DNA from: Candidatus Methylospira mobilis | GTDB lineage: Bacteria; Pseudomonadota; Gammaproteobacteria; Methylococcales; Methylococcaceae | NCBI RefSeq assembly: GCF_009498235.1 | Contig: NZ_CP044205.1 | Span: 87,716 to 119,715 of the forward strand | Reading direction: 5' to 3' | DNA length: 32,000 nucleotides | In this document: positions 1-8,270 of the stretch, piece by piece | Numbering within the stretch: the first letter of the stretch is position 1 | Layout: the number at the start of each line of letters is the position of its first letter | Notes under the pieces: generated by a model | What the model saw: only the letters and a program-made list of their open reading frames with translations | Databases searched by the model: none | What the model was told of the DNA's origin: nothing | Position numbers and translations under genes: made by a program

Positions 1-771
1 GCTTTAGCGTCGCGTTATATTCCGGCGCTGTTGTCCATAGGGACGGTGCCGTTTCTAAAGGCCGGACTATCGGAGTTAAGCCAGCGGCTGGACTCCTATC
101 TCTATCAGTTGAATCAGGAAATTTCTGCAATCTATCTGTCGGGCGAAGATTTGGGCAATGCCAAGCAATGTCTTAAAAGCATAATACATCTACAGCGTTT
201 TCTGGGTAATTTGAATGATCAAATACACATTCATCCGTATTATTTATATGAAGCGTTGAAACATTTTTATGTCGATCTATGTTTTTATCATAACAGTACG
301 CCGCTTTTTGCAACCGCAGCCTACCGTCATGAACAGCTTTCAGAAGTATTTCAGCATGTATTTGAACCATTGACCGAGGAATTGACCATATCCAAAAGCC
401 GCTCTCCTTATGTACCGTTAAATACCGTCGACGGCATAGTGCAAGCCAATCTACCGGGTTCTATCAGAGAGGCGGAAGAGGTTTATCTGCTGGTGCAAAA
501 GAAAAAGATCACCGAATCGGTCGATATTAGCCGTTTAAAAATCGCAGCCGTTTCGCGTATTCCAGTCGTTCATAAATTCTATTTGCAGGGAATTGGGCAT
601 AGACGCCTTGATCGGCCTCCATTTCAGCATTCTTTCGGTGCGGAAGTCGATATATATCAATTAAGCGGCGGAGAGGAGTGGGATCATGCCCTTAAGGAGT
701 TGACAATCGGATTTTACGAAAGCCCCGAACTGTCTGATGAAAAATTTTTTCTTTACTGGCGCGCGCACTGA
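1..771 (+). CDS. tssK: T6SS baseplate subunit TssK, C-terminal ~257 codons (5' end lies upstream of the window)
   Basis: Frame 1 is open from nt 1, so the track's Met at 31 is internal. The sequence fits the TssK middle and C-terminal pattern: 'IHPYYLYEALKHFYVDLCFY...AAYRHEQLSEVF', 'EVYLLVQKK...LKIAAVSRIPVVHKFYLQGIG..LDRPP' and 'DIYQLSGGEEWDHAL'. Its stop overlaps the tssE start (TGATG at 769-773). Confidence 0.8.
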   Translation, partial: ALASRYIPALLSIGTVPFLKAGLSELSQRLDSYLYQLNQEISAIYLSGEDLGNAKQCLKSIIHLQRFLGNLNDQIHIHPYYLYEALKHFYVDLCFYHNSTPLFATAAYRHEQLSEVFQHVFEPLTEELTISKSRSPYVPLNTVDGIVQANLPGSIREAEEVYLLVQKKKITESVDISRLKIAAVSRIPVVHKFYLQGIGHRRLDRPPFQHSFGAEVDIYQLSGGEEWDHALKELTIGFYESPELSDEKFFLYWRAH

Positions 772-1142
772 TGTCGCTGCTGAACATACTGAGCGCATAT
801 GATGAGAAGGACGATACCGATGATATCGGCGATATCATTGATAATCTGAATAATATTCTCAACAGCAAACAGGGCTATAGTTATTTTTTGCAAAATTTCG
901 GCATACCCGACTATAACCATATCAGTTCCCGGGAGATTATCGCCCAGGCAGTCATTCACGATGTACGAGAAAACATAGAAAACTTCGAGCCGCGAGTTAA
1001 GTTGCTGGATATAGTCGAACTCAATGACGATGCTTTATTTCGTTTGTCCTTCCGTATTGATTGCGTGGTCAGGAAAAATGCCCGATCGTTAAGTATGTAT
1101 CTTGATCCGTTACAGGAACGTTATCACGTGAGTTCAATATGA
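771..1142 (+). CDS. tssE: T6SS baseplate subunit TssE (GPW/gp25-like)
   Basis: 123 aa. gp25-type motifs are present: 'IIDNLNNILNSKQG', 'FGIPDY' and 'IENFEPRVKLLDI'. Coupled to both neighbours (TGATG upstream, ATGA overlap downstream at 1139-1142). Confidence 0.85.
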   Translation: MSLLNILSAYDEKDDTDDIGDIIDNLNNILNSKQGYSYFLQNFGIPDYNHISSREIIAQAVIHDVRENIENFEPRVKLLDIVELNDDALFRLSFRIDCVVRKNARSLSMYLDPLQERYHVSSI

Positions 1143-2767
1143 AATTCGTTGACGACTTATCAATTGCGCTGACGCTGAATATCAACGGGAAGGCGTTTAC
1201 TGTACCCGGAGGCAGCGTCAAACTCCTGGAGCTGGACCTGCATAGCTGGGGGTTTTCCGGGCAAATCGGGTTTGTAATTTCATCCGAGCATTCCCAGGAT
1301 ACGTTATTGACTCCGATCACTGCAAATGACTTGATTGAGATAACGCTTGTAATCGGCGTTTATATCAAATCGTCGGACGCCAAAAGCAACACGCTTAAGC
1401 TCAGCGGATTGGTTACGACCAGGCAGATATCGGAACAGACGCTTTCCAATGTGTTGCCTACGCAGGATTTAATGCTTTATCGTTATTACAGTCTGACCTT
1501 TGCCGATCCGGCTGCCGTATTGTGGAAGCAGCATTACCCATGCGATCTTTACACTGATGCTACGTTGCAAACGCTTATCAGCGCCCATGTCAGTACGAAA
1601 ATCAATATTAAATATGATTGGGATGTGTTGGAAACCGAACACGCCGTTTTATCGCTGCCTTTAGGGGCATCAGACAATACCGCCAGTTTTTACGATTATC
1701 TGATCTGGTTGGTTGACAGTCAAAATGGCGTTTTCACCTATAGCGCGAGCGCCAACACTTATACCTTGAGTGCGTCAAAAACCTCATCGTCGAAAACTCA
1801 AGCGCTTGATTCGCTGGAAGTGCTCGGATACCGGGTTGAGCTCCCGCAAGTAGCCCGCTTTCAACCCAATGTATTAAATGCCTATGCGGAGGACGCGCAG
1901 AGCAGCTCGGTGGAAAACAAGCAGACAGCCAAACCCATGCGTCATGATTTCATTGCACGCTATCCGATTGCAGCTGATATGCAAGCGCGCGTCACGCTGG
2001 AAACCGCCCGCTTTAAGCAGCGCCTGCACGAAGTACACGTCGAATATAAAAAATTTCCATTGATGATATCCCTTCCCGGCGAATCGGTTAAATTCGAAGG
2101 GAGCGGCTGGAGTTCATCGTTGTACGTAAAGGGTAAAAGTTATCGTGTCAGGGACTGGTCATTGCGCGCATATTCGATAGACGAGAATATGACGGCCGAA
2201 CTCGACATGCCTTACAGCCGTTACGAGATGGAACATGAAATAAAACTGGAGTGCGGCAGCGAGTTGTGGGTCGATCTGCCGAAGTATGCTGCGCCGGTTT
2301 ACCCATTTTTTGTGGAAGGCAAAGTGGTCAGCGAACAGGGAGAAGATGAGGAAACTACTTACGAGTTTTATCAGGATGAAGATACTTCGGAAACTTATTA
2401 TCAGGTGAGTATTCCGTTATGGGAATCGAAGAAAGTTCGCGCCGCCTTTGAGCCGAATTTGTTGAGCGGCCAATTTTATTTTCCCTATTACAAAAATGCA
2501 CGGGTGCTGATCGGTTTGGGTTTCGATTCCGCGCATATTGCCGGCTTTCTCGACTGGAGCAGCGGTACTGCCCAGACTATGGATTCGCAAGGCAATCAAC
2601 TGGTGATGGGAAAATCGACAACCAATCAAACGATTCTTAAACATAGCTATGTCGATAGCAAGCCGGAGCTGCAAATTCAGCGCACGATGGACAAGGACAA
2701 GGAATTAATCAAGTTCTCGGAAGGTTATATTTTGCTGCGGACACAGCAAGAAGAGGAAGAGGGCTGA
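1139..2767 (+). CDS. vgrG: VgrG-like spike protein with gp27-like and gp5 OB-fold-like regions, lacking a C-terminal beta-helix
   Basis: 542 aa. VgrG/phage-protein-D-like pattern: 'LKLSGLVTT...LYRYYSLTFADPAAVLWKQHYPCDLYTD.TLQTLISAHV' and 'ASFYDYLIWLVDSQNGVFTY'. OB-fold-like 'YYKNARVLIGLGFDSAHIAGFLDW' at nt 2486-2557. Ends in the acidic tail QQEEEEG just after the OB region. Confidence 0.7.
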   Translation: MKFVDDLSIALTLNINGKAFTVPGGSVKLLELDLHSWGFSGQIGFVISSEHSQDTLLTPITANDLIEITLVIGVYIKSSDAKSNTLKLSGLVTTRQISEQTLSNVLPTQDLMLYRYYSLTFADPAAVLWKQHYPCDLYTDATLQTLISAHVSTKINIKYDWDVLETEHAVLSLPLGASDNTASFYDYLIWLVDSQNGVFTYSASANTYTLSASKTSSSKTQALDSLEVLGYRVELPQVARFQPNVLNAYAEDAQSSSVENKQTAKPMRHDFIARYPIAADMQARVTLETARFKQRLHEVHVEYKKFPLMISLPGESVKFEGSGWSSSLYVKGKSYRVRDWSLRAYSIDENMTAELDMPYSRYEMEHEIKLECGSELWVDLPKYAAPVYPFFVEGKVVSEQGEDEETTYEFYQDEDTSETYYQVSIPLWESKKVRAAFEPNLLSGQFYFPYYKNARVLIGLGFDSAHIAGFLDWSSGTAQTMDSQGNQLVMGKSTTNQTILKHSYVDSKPELQIQRTMDKDKELIKFSEGYILLRTQQEEEEG

Positions 2768-2769
2768 CG

Positions 2770-3357
2770 ATGGCTTTGGTTTGCAAGATCGAGTTGTGCC
2801 AGACGGCGGGCATCACCTTGACGGTCGAAAATCAGGACGATGAAATTACCCAGACGGCAACGTTTGACGGCACCACCATTACCCTGACTTGCAAAGGCAA
2901 GGAAACAACAAGCTATATCGCGCAAACCAGCGATGCCATCACTATCAGCTGTCAAACTTTTACTGTCGAAGCCGATACCATTACCTGTAAATCGACCAAG
3001 GATACCAGTCATCAGGCTGAAGGTACTTTTACCATTGACAGCACCGGTGATGCGAAGGTTAATACATCAGCGAATATGACCATCTCCGCCAGCACCACGT
3101 TGAGCATGAGCGCTGCCGATATTTCTGCAACGGCGCAGGACAGCGCCAGTCTGACCGCCTCCACCACAACGGTCAATGGCGATTCGAAAACCAGCATCAC
3201 CGGTAATGAACTGGCTTTGACAGCACAATCGACCGCGAGCATGGAAGGGGCCATGGTCAATATTTCGGCGCAATCGACCATGGATATTGAAGGATCGACA
3301 ACCACGTTGACCGGCAAAATTACCAATATCGAAGGCAATCTGATCAAACTGGGATGA
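2770..3357 (+). CDS. Thr/Ser-rich beta-helix protein, candidate stand-alone spike prism (gp5/VgrG C-terminal-like)
   Basis: 195 aa of alternating short T/S/I/A beta-strand-like segments, such as 'TITLTCKG', 'AITISCQTFTVEADTITCKS', 'NMTISASTTLSMSA' and 'TTTLTGKITNIEG'. The ATG lies 2 nt after the vgrG-like stop, in a different frame, and follows a purine-rich stretch (gaagaggaagaggg). Confidence 0.55.
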   Translation: MALVCKIELCQTAGITLTVENQDDEITQTATFDGTTITLTCKGKETTSYIAQTSDAITISCQTFTVEADTITCKSTKDTSHQAEGTFTIDSTGDAKVNTSANMTISASTTLSMSAADISATAQDSASLTASTTTVNGDSKTSITGNELALTAQSTASMEGAMVNISAQSTMDIEGSTTTLTGKITNIEGNLIKLG

Positions 3358-3358
3358 G

Positions 3359-4999
3359 ATGATGAATAGCGACGATAAGCTGTACCGGACATTTATCGAA
3401 GAGCTGCACGCGCTGAAGGAGTTCCGTTTGACGTACGCGCTTGATCACCCTGCTTCCGATCTGGATTTGGACGATCCCGCCGTCAAGCGCATCATTGAGG
3501 TGCTGGCTTTTTTCGGAGCGCGAACCGAAACGGCCACTTTGCGCTATAACGCCGCCAACCGGCTGCGTCTATACCAGCAATTTTTTCCCTATTTACTCTC
3601 CCCTTTACCGGCAATGGCTATCGTTCAGGCAAAACCCACCGGTCGTCTTACCGAGGTGCTGGAATTTCCTCAGGATACCGAATTCGCGCTGCAGCCCGAA
3701 AAAGGCGGGCTGGCTTTTTTTCGCAGCATGCGGCAATTGAGAGTGCTGCCGTTCGGTATCGAAGCGGTTAAACTGGAGATGCTGCCGGCTGCCGGCTGCC
3801 GGTTGTTGCTGATGTTTCAAGCAGATTATCCGTTAAACGAACATCCTGGCCGCCTGAGCTTGTATATCAACTACCTGAACGATTTTGTCAGTTCGCTCAA
3901 GGTGTTCCATTACCTTAAGAGGACGTTGCGCAATACGCGCGTTCAGTTTGGCGGCTATGATCCCGAGTGTGCGGGCATGGAATGCCATTCTGACTTCGAT
4001 GCGTCCGGCGACGGAATAGAAACGGATGAATGGCGGCATCCACTGGAAGTCGAACGTGATTATTTTCATTTCCCGCAACAGGCGCTTTATCTTCATCTGG
4101 AATTGCCGCCTGCGCCCCGAAATTGGAAGAAATTTACAGTGGCGTTGGAGTGCAGCGAACTTTGGCCGCGCAAATATCAGCCGAACAAGGACTTGTTCCA
4201 GCTTTTTACCGTGCCATTGAGTAATAGCAGGCGTGGTTTTTCCGAACCGGTCTTGTGCGATGGAACCCAGGAGCGTTATTCAATTCGTCATCCTCATCCT
4301 GAATCCGGATTCAAATTACAAAAAGTACTCGGCGTTTACGAAATCACCGAAAAGGGCATGCTCCCGCTTCGTCCCGGCCTACTCGCCGGCGGCAATGGTT
4401 CCTACGAAATCGAACAGGACACCATGCAGGCGGATGGCGGCAGCCTGTTTCGGCTGCTGCCGCATTTCCCCGAAGCATTCGAGCAGCCCCGAACTTTGGC
4501 GGTAGAGGCGCTCTGGCTGCAACCCTGGTTTGATCGACAGAGCAAAAACAGCTATACGCTGAAAACCTTGCATCGGCAAACCGTCGGGGTGAAATGGGAG
4601 TTGACCGATAACGCCGAAACTCACGTGGAAAACCAGCAAATAAACAGCAGCACCGGGTTCTTGCATCTATTGACGCTTATGCACAAAACCTGCCTCAGCG
4701 GTCAAGACGTCCGCGATCTTCTTCAGGCCATGGGGAGCGTTTCATCGGGCCGTTTTCGAGGCGTGCTGGAAAATTTAAACGGCGTGAGATTGGAAGAGAT
4801 GGCGCTAGGCAGGGAACAACACTATATGACAAAGCAGACATACTATCTTAAATTCAAAACAGAAATGGATGATAGTCTGGAGCTTACTGAAACCTTTGCG
4901 GAACATCTGAATCGCATGCTTGATTTGTGGATACCGGATGCCGTTGTGGACGTCTTAATTGAAAAGGCTGACGAGCCGTCCGAATTTCTTGAGAGTTAA
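3359..4999 (+). CDS. tssF: T6SS baseplate subunit TssF
   Basis: 546 aa. The N-terminus matches the TssF consensus: 'LYRTFIEELHALKEFRLTYALDHP...LDDPAVKRIIEVLAFFGARTE...FFPYLLSPLPAMAIVQAKP'. The ATG at 3362 is an alternative start. Confidence 0.9.
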   Translation: MMNSDDKLYRTFIEELHALKEFRLTYALDHPASDLDLDDPAVKRIIEVLAFFGARTETATLRYNAANRLRLYQQFFPYLLSPLPAMAIVQAKPTGRLTEVLEFPQDTEFALQPEKGGLAFFRSMRQLRVLPFGIEAVKLEMLPAAGCRLLLMFQADYPLNEHPGRLSLYINYLNDFVSSLKVFHYLKRTLRNTRVQFGGYDPECAGMECHSDFDASGDGIETDEWRHPLEVERDYFHFPQQALYLHLELPPAPRNWKKFTVALECSELWPRKYQPNKDLFQLFTVPLSNSRRGFSEPVLCDGTQERYSIRHPHPESGFKLQKVLGVYEITEKGMLPLRPGLLAGGNGSYEIEQDTMQADGGSLFRLLPHFPEAFEQPRTLAVEALWLQPWFDRQSKNSYTLKTLHRQTVGVKWELTDNAETHVENQQINSSTGFLHLLTLMHKTCLSGQDVRDLLQAMGSVSSGRFRGVLENLNGVRLEEMALGREQHYMTKQTYYLKFKTEMDDSLELTETFAEHLNRMLDLWIPDAVVDVLIEKADEPSEFLES

Positions 5000-5625
5000 T
5001 GTCCATGACGCAGAATGTTTGGGAAGAAATAACCGGCATCAACGATTTGCTCGTCTCACTACGCGAGCAGGTCGCGGCCGATAGCGTCGATTTAGTAGCG
5101 CTGAGAAGCGGTCTGCGCTCGCACCTGGAGAGATTGCGCGCAATTGTTACCGAGCAATATTCCGAGCGCGACGCATATTTTGTCCTGTTTCCGCTGACGG
5201 CGCATTGCGACGAAACCATTAAATCCTTGTTGCTGGAGATGGAACACCTGCAATGGCCGCCGTTGCAGCAAGATCTCTACCAGATTAACGATGCAGGAGA
5301 TATTTTTTACGAGTTGCTGGATCAGCTGTTAAGCAAGCCTGATACGCCGCAACTGATTTTCGCAATTTACTTTTTTTGCCTGAATGATGGTTTTCGCGGC
5401 CGCTATGGTGAAAGCGGGGAAAAGATAGCTTCCTATATCAACAGGCTGCGGGAGCATATTCGCCTGGCTCCGATCGACGCGCCTCCGCCGCCTGCCGCCC
5501 CGGATACCGCTGATTCGCCGCTGAAAATCCCGGCCTACGCATTTTATGGGGCGGCGGTATTTCTGCTTGCCGTCGTTTATTGGCTGCTCGTACAAATGGC
5601 CGATTCCTGGTATCCGATAAATTAA
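4999..5625 (+). CDS. tssL: T6SS membrane subunit TssL (DotU family, short form without a peptidoglycan-binding domain)
   Basis: 208 aa. DotU-like cytoplasmic domain ('YFVLFPLTAHCDETI', 'IYFFCLNDGFRGRY') followed by a single C-terminal TM segment ('AYAFYGAAVFLLAVVYWLLV'). The start overlaps the tssF stop (TAATG). Confidence 0.8.
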   Translation: MSMTQNVWEEITGINDLLVSLREQVAADSVDLVALRSGLRSHLERLRAIVTEQYSERDAYFVLFPLTAHCDETIKSLLLEMEHLQWPPLQQDLYQINDAGDIFYELLDQLLSKPDTPQLIFAIYFFCLNDGFRGRYGESGEKIASYINRLREHIRLAPIDAPPPPAAPDTADSPLKIPAYAFYGAAVFLLAVVYWLLVQMADSWYPIN

Positions 5626-5629
5626 TCAG

Positions 5630-5992
5630 ATGCGTACCGTACCCCCCCGGCTGGATGAAATATTTGCGCCCGACAAACTTCGCGCGAACTGGAGCCAGTC
5701 GGCTGCGCCTGTCGCTGATACGCCGGTATCGAATCCATTAAGCAGGAATATTCACAGTCAATATCTTGAGGTGAAGCGCCTGATTGCCGAAAACTTCGAA
5801 AATGCATCGATCTTATCGGCGATGCTTGAGCAAATATCGCAGCAAATCGATCGCCTTTATTCATTGGACAGTGCTTTGCCGTGCCTGGCGGACGAAGATG
5901 CGGATGGCCGTAAAAATCTGATCATGATGCTCGAAACGCTGGAAGAGTCCGTTTGGGCTTTGGAAGTCGCTAATCGTGGCAAGACGCGATGA
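5630..5992 (+). CDS. Hypothetical 120-aa protein between tssL and tssG
   Basis: ORF with no recognisable family, TM segment or signal peptide. It starts 4 nt after the tssL stop and overlaps the tssG start by ATGA (5989-5992), which suggests co-translation with the core genes. Confidence 0.5.
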   Translation: MRTVPPRLDEIFAPDKLRANWSQSAAPVADTPVSNPLSRNIHSQYLEVKRLIAENFENASILSAMLEQISQQIDRLYSLDSALPCLADEDADGRKNLIMMLETLEESVWALEVANRGKTR

Positions 5993-6849
5993 CAATGACG
6001 ATCCCTGAACAACGAATCGCGCAAGACATCAGACGGTTCGATCCGATATCCCTGCTGCAGGTGCTGGTCTACCATGGCTACTCGCTGGATGACATCCTGT
6101 TCATAAGCAATGACAGCACATGTTCCCAGTCAAGGCTGATCAACTCCATAAAGTTTCGCCGTAACCAGAAAAAAGCCGTAATTACCCTGAATTTAGGACT
6201 TCTGGGGGGACAAAGCCTGCTACCCAGTTATTTTTTCAAGCAGGTGGATTACGGCAAAATCGAGGCGCGCAAATTCGCGGAATTCTTCGGATACTTTGAC
6301 GACCGGTTGTTGCGCCGTTTTTTATTCGCCGTTTATCCTGAATTCGACGCAGCCCACTATGAGCGGGGGCGCGAGCCTCCGAGAAACAACGAGATTTTCA
6401 CGCTCAAGTTGAATAATCCCTTTGTTTTGCATTGGCTGCTGCAACTGGTTTGCCCGGAACTACAGGTACGCGTGGAAAAGGCCGTATTAGAGCGCCGCGT
6501 CGAATTAGGCGCGATTATTCTGGGAGAAGCGCGGTTGGGTTATGAAAGCGTATTCGGGAAAAAACTGGCGCAGACGGTGCCGGGGCTCCGGATTACCTTG
6601 ATTGCCGATGAAGAAAACTGTAATGCCGGCAAGCCATGGCCAAAGGAAATCGATAGCCGTTTGCAAAAATTGATATTTCCGCTGCTGCGCGCCGTAGGGA
6701 TTGATCTGGAAATCTGGCTGGTCATCCGCACGAAAGTCGGCTGGCTTCGCCTGGCGCAGGGCGCTCATTTGGGCTATGAAAATATCCGAAGCGATAAACC
6801 GCGGTTTCGCCGTATTCGCATATTTGCCGGACGATTATTCGATTGGTGA
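5989..6849 (+). CDS. tssG: T6SS baseplate subunit TssG-like
   Basis: 286 aa. The N-terminal 'IRRFDPISLLQVLVYHGY' resembles the TssG 'FxFFQAxRLLE' signature. Position within the baseplate gene block supports the call. Shorter than typical TssG. Confidence 0.6.
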   Translation: MTMTIPEQRIAQDIRRFDPISLLQVLVYHGYSLDDILFISNDSTCSQSRLINSIKFRRNQKKAVITLNLGLLGGQSLLPSYFFKQVDYGKIEARKFAEFFGYFDDRLLRRFLFAVYPEFDAAHYERGREPPRNNEIFTLKLNNPFVLHWLLQLVCPELQVRVEKAVLERRVELGAIILGEARLGYESVFGKKLAQTVPGLRITLIADEENCNAGKPWPKEIDSRLQKLIFPLLRAVGIDLEIWLVIRTKVGWLRLAQGAHLGYENIRSDKPRFRRIRIFAGRLFDW

Positions 6850-6863
6850 CGAAAGGAGATGTA

Positions 6864-7835
6864 ATGCAAATTGACATGTTACTCGGCGACTTGCGCATCG
6901 CCGAAGCCCCCGGACTTGATACTACCGATCCCCGGTTTGATGAAATCGCCACTTTGGCGCAAAACGGAGATTATGCCGCTGCGGCGCATGCCAGCGAAGC
7001 GATTATAGCAGAGGAAATCTACGATATCAGGCTCATCTGTTACTTGCTTTACGGCTATTGGCTGGAACAGGGCGTAGCAAGCCTGGGACCGGTTGTTACT
7101 TGTCTGCACAATGTTGTAGCGAATAATTGGGATGCGATCGGACCCGCCCGCAATAGAGAAAAAAACGTACAGCTCAGCTTGACCTGGATGTTTCGGTCGC
7201 TGATGAGAAAGGCGCAATACGAAGAAGACAATGATACGCCGGTATGGCACGGCTGGCAGAACGAGGTATCCGTCGACGAAATAACCGCTATTTTGGAGAC
7301 AGGGAGCGAGTTTAGCCGGGGTATCAAACTACGGATGGAAGACGGCGCCGGTCCTGTGCTGGATCTGTGGAGCAAGGTTGTCGAGTGGCTGGGGCAACTG
7401 CAGCGGCTTGTTTACAAGCAGCCGGAGCCTGAACCATCGTCGGGAGCCGACGAAGCAGAAATGGATGAGATGACGGAGGAAAATGAGGAAGCGCCGAGCG
7501 CCGGATCGAACCAGCGCGCTTCAAAAGGCCAGTTCGCCGGTATGGAAATAGAAGGTTCCTATCACATGACGATGTTATTGAAAAAGCTGACGGCATTCGA
7601 GCAGTTGTCCAGAGAACAAAACTTTTTCAAGGCGGCCCTGGTTGCCGACGAAATCAACCAGGCGATAGCGGATTTCGATCCTCGTTTATATTTCCCGAAG
7701 GTGTTTGAGGAATTCATTAAATTGCAAGCAGTTAATTTTTCGGAACTGGCCGATTACATGGAGCACAAAGAAAGTCCGGAATGGCAAGCCATGCAGGATT
7801 GGCTTCGGGTCGATATAGACGGCTTTGCAAATTAA
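6864..7835 (+). CDS. tssA: TssA-like protein (ImpA N-terminal-like domain)
   Basis: 'APGLDTTDPRFDEI...' followed by 'EEIYDIRLICYLLYGYWLEQGVASLGPVVTCLHNVVANNWDAIGP' matches the ImpA_N/TssA pattern. An acidic linker (EPEPSSGADEAEMDEMTEENEE) follows. ATG 6864 is preferred because aggag at 6854-6858 precedes it. The track's start at 6843 is TTG. Confidence 0.6.
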   Translation: MQIDMLLGDLRIAEAPGLDTTDPRFDEIATLAQNGDYAAAAHASEAIIAEEIYDIRLICYLLYGYWLEQGVASLGPVVTCLHNVVANNWDAIGPARNREKNVQLSLTWMFRSLMRKAQYEEDNDTPVWHGWQNEVSVDEITAILETGSEFSRGIKLRMEDGAGPVLDLWSKVVEWLGQLQRLVYKQPEPEPSSGADEAEMDEMTEENEEAPSAGSNQRASKGQFAGMEIEGSYHMTMLLKKLTAFEQLSREQNFFKAALVADEINQAIADFDPRLYFPKVFEEFIKLQAVNFSELADYMEHKESPEWQAMQDWLRVDIDGFAN

Positions 7836-7853
7836 TACGGTGGGTGGGTTGCC

Positions 7854-8240
7854 ATGAGTTTTTTAGTCACTGGAAACGCCGTTCTCAAATGCACGTTCGG
7901 CGCCGCATCGGCCATTTATATGGTGGCGCCGACGAACAAGGTGCAAGTGGACGCTTATGCCGCAAATATCACAAACCAGACAACGTTGCTTAATATTCCT
8001 TCGTTCGGTCTGTGCCGCAGCCCGGCAAATCCGGTTGTGGCCGCTGCGACCGCGGCCGCGCTGGGCGTTCTGACGCCGATGCCGTGCGTTCCCGCTACCG
8101 TAGCGCCCTGGACGCCCGGCGTCTCCACGGTATTAATCGGCAATCTGGCCGCGCTGGACAATAAAAGTAAGCTGACGTGCTGTTGGGGCGGTTGTATCAG
8201 TATTAAATCAGCCGGTCAGAGCAAGGTCAGTTTCGCATGA
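7854..8240 (+). CDS. DUF4280 (PAAR-like) spike-tip protein
   Basis: 128 aa with the DUF4280 layout: 'AVLKCTFGAA', 'PSFGLCRSPANP', 'PCVPAT..PWTPG', 'LTCCWGGCISI'. Confidence 0.85.
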   Translation: MSFLVTGNAVLKCTFGAASAIYMVAPTNKVQVDAYAANITNQTTLLNIPSFGLCRSPANPVVAAATAAALGVLTPMPCVPATVAPWTPGVSTVLIGNLAALDNKSKLTCCWGGCISIKSAGQSKVSFA

Positions 8241-8270
8241 TGATGTGTCCATGTGCCGGGAGGTCGGGGC

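Noticed and set aside
2644-2770. The idea that the vgrG-like ORF and the beta-helix ORF are one gene broken by a frameshift (a pseudogene).
   Set aside because: This is not excluded, but I did not call a pseudogene. The downstream ORF has its own ATG 2 nt after the stop and an SD-like purine run, and both ORFs are long and intact. The question is kept as a finding to be tested by comparison with relatives.
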